DNA of 18,028 nt from Kofleriaceae bacterium (GCA_046597055.1 JBKJLC010000081.1:1-18028), one strand, 5' to 3'; positions 1-9,382 are shown, numbered from the stretch's first letter. Numbers and translations: made by a program. The notes: a model not told the origin generated them from the letters alone.

Positions 1-1
1 G

Positions 2-91
2 ACGCGCGAATACTTCGAGAACCTCGGCCTGCACCGCCTTCGCGGGACCATCCGCTACCCCGAGCGGCCCTTCTGGAAGGGGCCCGCGTAA
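2..91 (+). CDS. C-terminal fragment of a probable group II intron reverse transcriptase/maturase (partial, 5' end outside window)
   Basis: Open frame TREYFENLGLHRLRGTIRYPERPFWKGPA* ending in TAA at 89-91 with GC-rich third positions. It sits directly before DV. From memory (not searched), the 'F..LGL.RL' ending resembles maturase/DNA-binding C-termini of IEPs that lack an endonuclease domain. Confidence 0.75.
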   Translation, partial: TREYFENLGLHRLRGTIRYPERPFWKGPA

Positions 92-116
92 TGCTGCGAC
101 TCGAGAGATCACCGGT

Positions 117-149
117 ACGCCGTGTGCGGGTAATCCGCACGCACGGTTT
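117..149 (+). ncRNA. Group II intron catalytic domain V
   Basis: Lower stem GCCGTG(119-124)/CACGGT(142-147), 2-nt bulge (140-141), upper stem TGCGG(125-129)/CCGCA(135-139), GTAA(T) loop. About 34 nt long; the triad position reads CGC (118-120). Confidence 0.88.
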
Positions 150-153
150 GAAA

Positions 154-211
154 GGGGGTTCTGCCCTTTCACCTACGACGCAAGTCCCCAAGTGAAAGGG
201 CAGAATCTACC
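154..211 (+). ncRNA. Group II intron domain VI with branch-point adenosine
   Basis: Perfect 14-bp stem TTCTGCCCTTTCAC(159-172)/GTGAAAGGGCAGAA(192-205), extended by GGG(156-158)/TCT(206-208), bulged A209, then GG(154-155)/CC(210-211). Apical GAC-GCAA-GTC GNRA tetraloop at 177-186. Confidence 0.82.
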
Positions 212-212
212 A

Positions 213-983
213 ATGGGTGACCCAGCCAACGCGTTCGGCGACGGCCGCGGCGGTTCGCGGGACGAGCTGGCGCAGCTCGAGACGATCTTCGATCGAGCGC
301 TGGGCACCATGTGGATGGCCTTCCAGCCGATCGTCACGGCCACCGACCGCACCATCTTCGCCTACGAGGCGCTGATGCGGTGCAAGGACAAGGACCTGCC
401 CCACGTGGGCGTCCTGCTCGATGCCGCCGAGCGGCTCGAGCGCACCAGCCAGCTCGGTCGCCTGTCGCGCTCGCAGATCGCAGCGACCTTCAGCACCGCG
501 CCGCCCGAGCGTGGCCTGGTGTTCGTCAACCTCCACCTCCGCGACCTGTTCGACCCGACCCTGTCGTCGCCGTTCAACGGGCTGACCCGGATCGCGCGGC
601 GGGTGGTGCTCGAGATCACCGAGCGCAGCTCGCTCGACGGGATCGATGGCCTCGCCGATCGCGTCGCCGAGCTGCGCGAGATCGGCTACGGGATTGCCGT
701 CGACGATCTGGGTGGTGGTCACTCGCGCATGGCGCACCTCACCCCGCTCGAGTGCGACTTCGTGAAGCTCGACATGTCGCTCGTGCGGGATCTCGACTCG
801 CATCCGGTAAAGCAGCGCCTGGTGCAGTCGGTGGTCGAGCTGTGTCGTGAGAATGGCGTCCGCGTGATCGGCGAAGGGGTCGAGACCGAGCCCGAGGCGG
901 TGACGCTGCGGCAGCTCGGTTGTGACTACCTGCAGGGCTATTTGATCGCCAAGCCCGGCCCCGCGTTTGTTGATCCAGTGTAG
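213..983 (+). CDS. EAL-domain c-di-GMP phosphodiesterase family protein (stand-alone EAL, or 3' exon of an intron-interrupted gene)
   Basis: Motifs AFQPIV, YEALMR, FVNL, LEITE, AVDDLGGGHS, VKLD, EGVET and QGYLIAKP. ATG 213 is preferred because GTG 192 lies inside intron DVI. Confidence 0.9.
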   Translation: MGDPANAFGDGRGGSRDELAQLETIFDRALGTMWMAFQPIVTATDRTIFAYEALMRCKDKDLPHVGVLLDAAERLERTSQLGRLSRSQIAATFSTAPPERGLVFVNLHLRDLFDPTLSSPFNGLTRIARRVVLEITERSSLDGIDGLADRVAELREIGYGIAVDDLGGGHSRMAHLTPLECDFVKLDMSLVRDLDSHPVKQRLVQSVVELCRENGVRVIGEGVETEPEAVTLRQLGCDYLQGYLIAKPGPAFVDPV

Positions 984-1110
984 TGTCGCGTACGTGAGGC
1001 CACACGTTGGTCTCGCCGCCGGCTTGTCGCGGCGATTACCTGCGGTCCTGGGCGGGCTCGCCCTGCTCTCGACCGCGTGCAAAACACGAGACGACGGGGA
1101 GATAATGCCG

Positions 1111-1851
1111 ATGGACGGAATGCCTAGCCCTAGCGAAATTGCCGGATATCTCGGTTTCGCAATCATCCCCACGTTCGTCATGCTGGGGTATCTGTTCTTC
1201 TTGCTCGATCGACGCGACGATCGGCCAAGCAAGGACGACAAACAGTTCGGCGCGAAGCTGGTCGTGTGGGGCTTCATCCTCGCCGGGATCTCGCTCGTGC
1301 TCGGTGGCGCCAACTCGCTGGTCGCGTTCATCCTGGGCGGCTTCAAGGGCGGCTTTGGCGCAATCAAGGGATCGCTGGCCACGCTGGTGTCCGGCGGTGT
1401 GGTCGCCGCAGCGTTCGCGCTGCTGTTCCTGCCGCGCACCAACAACAGCACGGCCTCGCAGGCCGAGCGCTTCGCGATGGGCGTGCTCGGCCTCGCGAGC
1501 GGTCTCGCCGCGGTGATGGCGTTCTCGGGCCTCATCCGCGCCCTGTTCTTCGGCGAGGGCTGGAGCACCATGTCGAGCATGCTGTCGATGCTGGCCGTCT
1601 ACGGCGCGGCGGCCGGCTTCGCGCTCCTGCGGCACGGCAGCCTCTCGGGCTGGACCGCGGCGCCGCCGCGGGCGATGCCGATGGCGCCCCCGGGCGGCTA
1701 CGGCGCCGGTCAGCAGGGCGGCGGCTATCCGCAGCAAGGCGGCGGCTACCCGCCCGCCGGCGGTGGCTATCCGCCCCAGGGCGGCGGCGGCTACCCGCCA
1801 CAGGGCGGCGGCGGCTATCCTCCTCAGGGTGGCGGCGGCTATCCGGGCTGA
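1111..1851 (+). CDS. Hypothetical multi-pass membrane protein with Gly/Tyr/Pro/Gln-repeat C-terminal tail
   Basis: About five hydrophobic segments, then a (GGGYPPQ)n tail. SD GGGGAG at 1096-1101 is 9 nt before ATG 1111 (in-frame ATG 1105 is an alternative). Codon usage is host-like. Confidence 0.8.
   Translation: MDGMPSPSEIAGYLGFAIIPTFVMLGYLFFLLDRRDDRPSKDDKQFGAKLVVWGFILAGISLVLGGANSLVAFILGGFKGGFGAIKGSLATLVSGGVVAAAFALLFLPRTNNSTASQAERFAMGVLGLASGLAAVMAFSGLIRALFFGEGWSTMSSMLSMLAVYGAAAGFALLRHGSLSGWTAAPPRAMPMAPPGGYGAGQQGGGYPQQGGGYPPAGGGYPPQGGGGYPPQGGGGYPPQGGGGYPG
1693..1848 (+). repeat. Coding tandem repeat, about 7 units of GG(G)(G)YP(P)Q
   Basis: GGYGAGQQGGGYPQQGGGYPPAGGGYPPQGGGGYPPQGGGGYPPQGGGGYPG; units diverge at synonymous positions. 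Confidence 0.9.
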
Positions 1852-1871
1852 GCAGCGACTGACCCGCTGAC

Positions 1872-1909
1872 ACCGACGGCCACGCGCGAGCGTGGCCGTC
1901 GGTCGTTTC
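1872..1909 (+). terminator. Probable intrinsic terminator hairpin between convergent genes
   Basis: Perfect 14-bp stem ACCGACGGCCACGC / GCGTGGCCGTCGGT with a GCGA loop, followed by CGTTTC; 20 nt after the stop at 1851. Confidence 0.7.
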
Positions 1910-2024
1910 GGGTCGCCGCGCGCACCGGCCGCGGCCTCGGCGACCGCGGACCCGAGTGGCAGGCTCCCCCGCCAAGGCCCAGGTGGTCGGGGCACTCGCG
2001 CGCCCTGCGCGGACCCCAGCTGGG

Positions 2025-3173
2025 TCAGAGGACGCGGAGGTCGAGGGCGTAGAGAACGCCGCGGTTCGAGAGGACGAACAGCTCCTGCTCGCCGACCACA
2101 GTGGGGTCGCCGGACACGCCATCGCCCGGATCGAAGTACTCGAGGACCTGGCCGCTGCGCTTGTCGGCGACGAAGACGCCGGCGCCTGCGAGCGCGTAGA
2201 TGAGGTAGTTGCCGGAGACCAGCGGGGCCGCGGGCTCACCACCGCCGCGGGCGCCCTGGCGCCACAACAGGTTGCCGCCGAGGTCGAAGGCGTAGATGCC
2301 CAGATCGGCCGCGGTGACGTAGAGGCGCTCGCCGTCCGTGGTCAGCCCACCGGCGGTGCCGACCGCCTGTGACGGCGACGGGCCCTGCAGCGGGGTCCGC
2401 CACCGGACCAGGCCGGTCGCATGATCGATCGCCCACAGGCCGCCGGTGGACGAGGTCACGTACAGCGTGTCGCCGACCACGACCGGGGTGCCGTCCACGT
2501 CGACGAAGCGGTCGCTGTCGCCCTTGATGGTCGTGAGCCACGCGACCGAGCCGGTCGCGACCCGGAGCGCGACCAGGGTGCCGTTGGCGAACCCGGTGAT
2601 CGCGAGGTCGCCCACCACGGTCACGGCGGCGTGACCGCGGAGCGTGTACTCCTCGGGGGTCTCGCCCTTGTACTGCCAGCGGAAGGTGCCCTTGCGCGCG
2701 TCGAGCGCGTAGACTTGGTCGGCTTCGTTCGAGAAGATCACCAGGTCATCGACGATGACCGGGCTCTCCAGGATCGGGCCGCGGGTCTCGTACTTCCAGG
2801 CCACCGCCCCGGTGAGCAGGTCGACCGCGAGCAGCTCGCCGTCGTCGGTGCCGACGAACAGGCGGGTGCCGGAGATCGTCGGGCGCGAGCTGATCGAGCC
2901 GAGCTGCTGCTGCCAGCGCAGCGCGCCGTCGTCGGCGTTGAGCGCGAAGAAGCGCCCGCCCGACGAGCCGGTGTAGACGTGGTCGCCGGCCGCCGCGATG
3001 CTGGCGAACTCCTGCGGCTCGACCTCGCGCGCCCGGTCGCTGGTGACCAGGCGCCAGCGCATCCGCAGCACCGGGCGCCCGGTGTCTTGCTCCGGCACCG
3101 TCTGCTGGCAACCGCCGCCGAGCAGCGAGGTCGCGGCGATCAGCGCCGCGACGATCCCCGACCGACCGATCAC
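2025..3173 (-). CDS. bamB: BamB-like PQQ-repeat beta-propeller lipoprotein
   Basis: Signal peptide with lipobox-like LGGG-C and repeated 'A(L/V)D..TG...W' blades. Directly downstream of a yfgM-like gene with a 4-nt GTGA overlap, and close to der. Confidence 0.8.
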   Translation of the reverse strand: MIGRSGIVAALIAATSLLGGGCQQTVPEQDTGRPVLRMRWRLVTSDRAREVEPQEFASIAAAGDHVYTGSSGGRFFALNADDGALRWQQQLGSISSRPTISGTRLFVGTDDGELLAVDLLTGAVAWKYETRGPILESPVIVDDLVIFSNEADQVYALDARKGTFRWQYKGETPEEYTLRGHAAVTVVGDLAITGFANGTLVALRVATGSVAWLTTIKGDSDRFVDVDGTPVVVGDTLYVTSSTGGLWAIDHATGLVRWRTPLQGPSPSQAVGTAGGLTTDGERLYVTAADLGIYAFDLGGNLLWRQGARGGGEPAAPLVSGNYLIYALAGAGVFVADKRSGQVLEYFDPGDGVSGDPTVVGEQELFVLSNRGVLYALDLRVL

Positions 3174-3925
3174 GTCCCCTCGCTGGCGCCGAGGGCGCTC
3201 AGCCGCATCTCGATGACGCTCCGCAGCGCGCTCTCGGGCGCGACAACCAACGCCTTCTTGAGTGGCGCGACCGCGTCGCCCGGCTTGCCCATCGCCTCGA
3301 GCATGCGCGCCTCGTGATAGAGCGCGTAGTCGCGGCGCGGGCCCTTGTCGTCGGCCTGCACCGCGCGGAAGGCGGCGAGCGCCTCCTCGAGCAGCTTCTG
3401 GCGTTGCGCCGGATCCTTGGCCGCGGCGGCCTGGGTCTCGAGCACCACGCCGACGCCCTCGCGGGCGATCGCGCCGTCGAGGCCGGCAGCGCCGCCGAGC
3501 CTGCGATACCGGGCGAGCGCCTCGTCGAGCTTGCCGGCCTGCACGAGGATCTGCGCCTCGTAGAGCGCTGCGGCGTCGCGCACCTCGCCGGCCTTGCCGA
3601 GCTCGCCGAGGGTCGCCTGGGCCCGATCGGCCTGGCTCTTGTAGTGCTCGGGCATCTTGTCGCCGAGATCCATGTCGAGCGGAATCACCGCGCGATCACC
3701 GAGCTCGAGCGCACGCGCGAGATGCTCGGTCGCTTGCTCCGCCTCGCGGTGCTGCCACCAGCGCCACAGGAAGAAGACGGTGAGGACGACCGCCGCCGCC
3801 ACGAGGGCGAGGGCGACCTTCTTGATATGGGGGACCAGTCGATCAAGCAGGGAATCGCCGCCGACGTGAACCGGCGTGACCTGGAGACCGAGGGATGGAT
3901 CGTGCTCTTCTTTTTCGATTGCCAC
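3170..3925 (-). CDS. YfgM-like membrane-anchored TPR protein
   Basis: Single N-terminal TM segment (VALALVAAAVVLTVFFLWRWW) followed by TPR-like helices (AQILVQAGKLDEALARY; ARMLEAMGKPGDAVAPL). SD GAGAGG upstream; syntenic with bamB. Confidence 0.8.
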   Translation of the reverse strand: MAIEKEEHDPSLGLQVTPVHVGGDSLLDRLVPHIKKVALALVAAAVVLTVFFLWRWWQHREAEQATEHLARALELGDRAVIPLDMDLGDKMPEHYKSQADRAQATLGELGKAGEVRDAAALYEAQILVQAGKLDEALARYRRLGGAAGLDGAIAREGVGVVLETQAAAAKDPAQRQKLLEEALAAFRAVQADDKGPRRDYALYHEARMLEAMGKPGDAVAPLKKALVVAPESALRSVIEMRLSALGASEGT

Positions 3926-3952
3926 GGCTGTGCCTCTCGAGACCGACGTCGG

Positions 3953-3981
3953 TGTGTATCACCGGGGGACAGTTCAGTCAA
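3953..3981 (-). promoter_or_regulatory. Putative sigma70-type promoter for the yfgM-bamB operon
   Basis: On the minus strand: TTGACT (3981-3976), 17-nt spacer ending TGA, then TACACA (3958-3953). Confidence 0.5.
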
Positions 3982-4088
3982 TTCGCGCGGTTCCGGTGCG
4001 GTGATCGACAGGGTTCGTCGCCGCGATAGTGACTTTCGGGGCGGCCCCGCGGTTGCCTCGGGCCGGGCCGGCGCGTAACGCTCGCAAC

Positions 4089-4604
4089 GTGCGACGTGCC
4101 CTGGTGACCGGCCTGCTCCTGGTGGCGAGCCCGGCGTGGGCCGGCGAGGGTGAGAACGCGGTCTCGGCCGGGGCTGGCTACGCGACCTACGCGACGCCCA
4201 ACGAGGCCAACGACGCCATGCTGACGCCGACCGCGGGCGCCACCGCGACCGTCACTTACGAGCGCGGCTTCGGCGACTACGCGGCATGGCGGGTGCGGGC
4301 GGCCGGCGCGATCTACGGCGGCGGAGGGATCGTCGGCAGCGGGCTCGCGACCGTGGGGTTCTCGTACCGGGTCGACGTGCTGAAGTACGTTCCGTACGTC
4401 GCGGCCGGCGTCGGCGCCCTGGTGCGCGGCGGCGGTCCGTTCGAGACCGGGGTCGAGCCGGCGCTCGAGCTCGGGGCCGGGGTCGACTGGCTGCGCGGTC
4501 GCAGCCGGTCGTACGGGCTCGACGTCGCCCTGACCGGGTTCGCGAGCGACACGACGACCTTGGTCGTCACGGTTCGCTCGACCTGGCGCTGGGGCTACTT
4601 CTGA
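4089..4604 (+). CDS. Small outer-membrane beta-barrel protein
   Basis: From GTG 4089: signal peptide MRRALVTGLLLVASPAWA, alternating amphipathic strands, a 'YVPYVAAGVG' strand, and an aromatic C-terminus WRWGYF. Confidence 0.75.
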   Translation: MRRALVTGLLLVASPAWAGEGENAVSAGAGYATYATPNEANDAMLTPTAGATATVTYERGFGDYAAWRVRAAGAIYGGGGIVGSGLATVGFSYRVDVLKYVPYVAAGVGALVRGGGPFETGVEPALELGAGVDWLRGRSRSYGLDVALTGFASDTTTLVVTVRSTWRWGYF

Positions 4605-4639
4605 CCCGCTGACCGGCTGCGGACGACCTCGCCCGAGGG

Positions 4640-6258
<1,619 letters not shown>

Positions 6259-6262
<4 letters not shown>

Positions 6263-7335
6263 TGGGCTCCTCCACCGCCACGGCGTTTGCCGCCGCTCTT
6301 GCTCGGCTTCCTGGCGCCGGTCCCACCCACGCCGCCGGCGCTGCCCCCGACCTGACCGACGTAGCCGACCTTGCGCAGCCCGGCTTCCTGGGTGCTCCAG
6401 TCGGGGACGATCTTCACGAACAGCGACAGATGGACCGGGCACCGGAACAACTCGGCCATCGCCTTGCGCGCCGCGATGCCGAGCTCCTTGATGCGGGTGC
6501 CGCCCTTGCCGATCACGATCGCCTTTTGCGAATCGCGCTCGACCGCGATGTAGGCGTCGATGCCGAGGTCGCCGGCGTCGCGCTCCTCGAAGCGCTCGAT
6601 CACGACCGCGGTCGCGTACGGCAGCTCCTGGCCGAGCTGCAGGTAGAGCTGCTCGCGGATCAGCTCGCCGGCGAGGAACTCCTCGGCGCGGTCGGTGACC
6701 ATGTCGGGCGGGAACATCATCGGTCCCACCGGCAGCTTGCGCGCGATGGTCGCGATCAGGTGCTCGACCCCGTCGCCGTGCAGGCCGGCGATCGGGACCA
6801 CGTCGGCGTCAGGCTGGCCCTGGGCGCCGGCCCACGCCGCCCACGCCTCGATCAAGGGCAGCAGGTCGAGCTTGGCGATCTTGTCGACCTTGTTGAGGGC
6901 GATCACGAACGGGACCGCGGCGACCGTGGCGGTGAGGCCCTCGGCGTCGGGATCGGTCAGGCGGCCCGGGTTGCGGCCGCGCGTGTCGGACGCATCGATC
7001 ACCAGCAGGGCAACGTCGCAGTCGGACGCGGCGCCCAGCGCCTCGTCGCGCATGAAGCGCCGCAGGGCGCCCTTGCCATGCTGGATGCCGGGCGTGTCGA
7101 CGAAGCACAGCTCGACGTCGGGTGGCTCGAGATCGGCGATCTTGGTGCGGTGGACGCCGAGGATCCGGTTGCGCGTGGTCTGCGGCTTGGGCGACACCGC
7201 CGCGATCCGCCGATCCAAGATCCGGTTGAGCAGCGTTGACTTGCCGACGTTGGGCAGGCCGACAATCGCGCTGGTCCCGGCGTGGGCCGGGGGGCGCTCG
7301 GAGGCGGCAGGCGTCTCGGCGCCGACGGCAGGCAT
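6259..7335 (-). CDS. era: GTPase Era
   Basis: [38 protein letters not shown], and KH motif [11 protein letters not shown]. Confidence 0.97.
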
Positions 7336-7471
7336 GGCGGGGGCGTATAGCGCGCGGCGTGATCCGGCACAAGCCTCGTGACCGTGGCCAGTCGCCGGCC
7401 GTCCCGGGGACAGCCGCGGCGCCGACCGCCGAAAACAGGCCCACCGGGGGCGGTGCCGGTAGGCTGCGCCA

Positions 7472-7735
7472 ATGGGTGCGTTCGCCCTCGCCGCCGCCGT
7501 GATCGCGCTGACCGCCAGCGCCCTCCCCTATCCCGGCATGTTCGTGGCCATGGCCGCCGGCATCCTCGCCGTCGGCACCGGCACGCTCGCGTGGCAGCGC
7601 CGCCATGCGCCCGGTGCGGTGCGCCTGACCGGTGCCGCCGGCATCGGACTGGCCTCGCTGGCGCTGGTGGTCGCGGTCGCGCGCTACGTGCTGACGCTGG
7701 CGGCGGTAGCCCGGCTGACCGCGCTGGTCGGCTGA
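7472..7735 (+). CDS. Small hypothetical membrane protein (2-3 TM)
   Basis: 87-aa hydrophobic ORF with host-like codons filling the gap between era and the next gene; TAGGCT lies 6 nt before the ATG. Confidence 0.7.
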   Translation: MGAFALAAAVIALTASALPYPGMFVAMAAGILAVGTGTLAWQRRHAPGAVRLTGAAGIGLASLALVVAVARYVLTLAAVARLTALVG

Positions 7736-7783
7736 CAGACGGACCGGTGCGACCGCGGCGTGCGGCTGCGGCGCGCGACCACG

Positions 7784-9316
7784 TCAGCGGCGGGTCAGGA
7801 CCAGCCAGGCGAGCGCGGCGAGGGTGGCCGCGATCAAGACCAGCCCGGCGATGCCGCGGGCCAGGGCGCCGCGGTGGATCGAGCCGAGCACCTCGCGCAG
7901 CTCCATCACGCGCCGCTCGCCGGTGGCGATCGACAGCTCGTGATCGTCGACGTCGCGCAGGGGGCCGGCCAGGGCCGGCACGCGATCCAGGGCGAGCCGT
8001 TCGCCCAGGTCGGCGAGCGCGCGGTCGCGCTCGGCGCGGGTCCCGGCCAGGGTCCGCTCGATGACCTTCTTGGAGGCCTCGACCACCCGCAGGCGCTCGC
8101 CGAGCTCCTCGGTGATCGCGATCAGGTCGGCGCGCGCGCGCTTCACCCGGTCGCCGGCGTCGACCCGGCGGGCCTCGAGCTCGGCGATCCGGGGCAGCAG
8201 CTCGTCGAGCTCGGCGGCGATCGCCGGCTCGTCGCGCGCGACCGTGATGCGATCGGCGCGCAGCATCGCGAGCTCGGCGTCGCTGGCGTTGCCGTCCTCG
8301 CGCTGGCCCTTGATCGACACCTTGCGTGCCTCGGTCGACGCGATCTTGCCGTCGATGCGCTCGAGGGTCGAGGCCAGCTCGGCGGCGCGCTTGCGGACGG
8401 CGGCGGCCTCGCGCTCGAGCGGCACCAGCTTGGTGGTGAGCGCGGCCAGCTCGGCGTCGGTCGCGATCACCTCGGCCTCGAGGCGCTGCTTCTCGATGTC
8501 GTGATCGCGGCGGGCGGCGTCGGCGCGGGCATCGGCGGCCGCGACCTGGCCGGCCTCCTTGGCGTGCTGCTCCTCGATCGCGAGCAGGTGGTCGCTGGCA
8601 GCGGCCAGCGCCGGGTGCTCGAGCCGGTCGTCGGCCAGCGCGTCGGCGGCGACGTCGATCAGGCGCTTGCGACGGGTCGCGCGCAGGCCGTCGAGGTCGA
8701 CCTCGAGCCGGGTCAGCTCACGCCGGGCCCGGGTCACCCCGAGGGTCGCGGTGGCGACGTAGCGCAGGTCGCCGCCGAGGCCGCGCCGGCGCGGCAGGCT
8801 GGCGAGCGCCCGGATCGAGCCGGTGGTGCCCAGGCTGCCGCGGCGGGACGGGCTGCCGGGCTCGTGTCGGCGCGGCGGGTCGAGGCGGGTCGCGTCGCCG
8901 CGCGGCTCGTCGTCGGTCGCTGGGCGGTCGGCCGCGGAGGGTGCGCGCAGGCCGGTGTCGTCGAAGCGCGGGACGTCACGGGTGGTCGCGTCGGCGGACG
9001 GCGGTGGGGCCGGCGCCCGCGGGGGCGGGGTCGATGGCGGCGCGGACCGCGATCGAGGCGGGGGTGGCGGGGTTGCCGAGGCGCGCTTGGCCCGGGCCGG
9101 TGGCGGGGGCGGCGGGGCTCCGGCGGCCGGCGAGACGGGGGTTGCCGAGGACTTCCGCGGGACCGGCGTGCCGTTCGCCGACTCCGGCTCGATCGATGCG
9201 TCGGGATCCGCGACCTGGCCGGCCCGACCGGGCAGGCTCCAGCCTCCAGCCAGCTCATCGACGCGCTGGCGGGTCTCGTCGCCAGCCCGGCGTCGGGACT
9301 TATCGTTGTCCCCCAC
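7784..9316 (-). CDS. Hypothetical coiled-coil protein with Pro-rich disordered N-terminus and C-terminal TM anchor
   Basis: About 170 aa of Pro/Ala/Arg-rich sequence, about 300 aa of heptad-rich helix, and a terminal GIAGLVLIAATLAALAWLVLTRR segment. Confidence 0.8.
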   Translation of the reverse strand: MGDNDKSRRRAGDETRQRVDELAGGWSLPGRAGQVADPDASIEPESANGTPVPRKSSATPVSPAAGAPPPPPPARAKRASATPPPPPRSRSAPPSTPPPRAPAPPPSADATTRDVPRFDDTGLRAPSAADRPATDDEPRGDATRLDPPRRHEPGSPSRRGSLGTTGSIRALASLPRRRGLGGDLRYVATATLGVTRARRELTRLEVDLDGLRATRRKRLIDVAADALADDRLEHPALAAASDHLLAIEEQHAKEAGQVAAADARADAARRDHDIEKQRLEAEVIATDAELAALTTKLVPLEREAAAVRKRAAELASTLERIDGKIASTEARKVSIKGQREDGNASDAELAMLRADRITVARDEPAIAAELDELLPRIAELEARRVDAGDRVKRARADLIAITEELGERLRVVEASKKVIERTLAGTRAERDRALADLGERLALDRVPALAGPLRDVDDHELSIATGERRVMELREVLGSIHRGALARGIAGLVLIAATLAALAWLVLTRR

Positions 9317-9363
9317 TTGCGCACCCTATCACACCTCCTCTCGTGCGCGGGAGCGCAACGTCG

Positions 9364-9382
9364 TTGGCAGCCATGCTGCCAA
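9364..9382. promoter_or_regulatory. Inverted repeat TTGGCAG-N5-CTGCCAA; fits sigma54 -24/-12 spacing on both strands
   Basis: Perfect 7-bp arms in the divergent intergenic region; TGGCA with GG-N10-GC geometry in both orientations. Confidence 0.5.

Larger units (their letters stand above)
1..214 (+). mobile_element. Group II intron, 3' portion (end of DIV with IEP stop, DV, DVI, 3' terminus AAT); 5' part lies outside the window
   Basis: DV-like hairpin ACGCCGTGTGCGGGTAATCCGCACGCACGGTTT (117-149), 25 nt after an ORF stop. It is followed by a long DVI hairpin (154-211) with a bulged A209 and a terminal AY (AT at 213-214). The order ORF-DV-DVI-AY is diagnostic. Confidence 0.88.

Noticed and set aside
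159..205. Hairpin as an intrinsic terminator or riboswitch
   Set aside because: There is no U-tract. Its position right after DV, the bulged A and the terminal AY identify it as group II DVI.
192..212. GTG 192 as the start of the EAL gene
   Set aside because: It lies within the paired stem of intron DVI; ATG 213 or an upstream exon is more plausible.
967..1104. N-terminal extension of the membrane protein ORF, including a lipobox-like LSTAC
   Set aside because: It needs a TTG start overlapping the EAL gene and has poor codon usage; a good SD precedes ATG 1111.
1693..1848. Repeat tract as a CRISPR array or DGR template
   Set aside because: The repeats are in-frame peptide units without unique spacers, and no cas genes or adenine-variable repeat pair is visible.
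1859..4613. 13-mer CTGACCCGCTGAC repeated at or just after two stop codons (1859-1871 and 4601-4613)
   Set aside because: Matches of this length are expected by chance in 18 kb of very GC-rich DNA, and there is no larger shared structure.
6263..6442. 60-aa N-terminal extension of Der in the ORF track
   Set aside because: It overlaps era in another frame; homology and the SD point to ATG 6262.
8734..9340. Strong GAGGAGG (9340-9334, minus) 9 nt before GTG 9324 of an out-of-frame 196-aa ORF
   Set aside because: The product is a low-complexity shadow frame with no recognisable features, and the 9316 frame has better codon usage and a fitting -10 box. It cannot be fully excluded without ribosome profiling.
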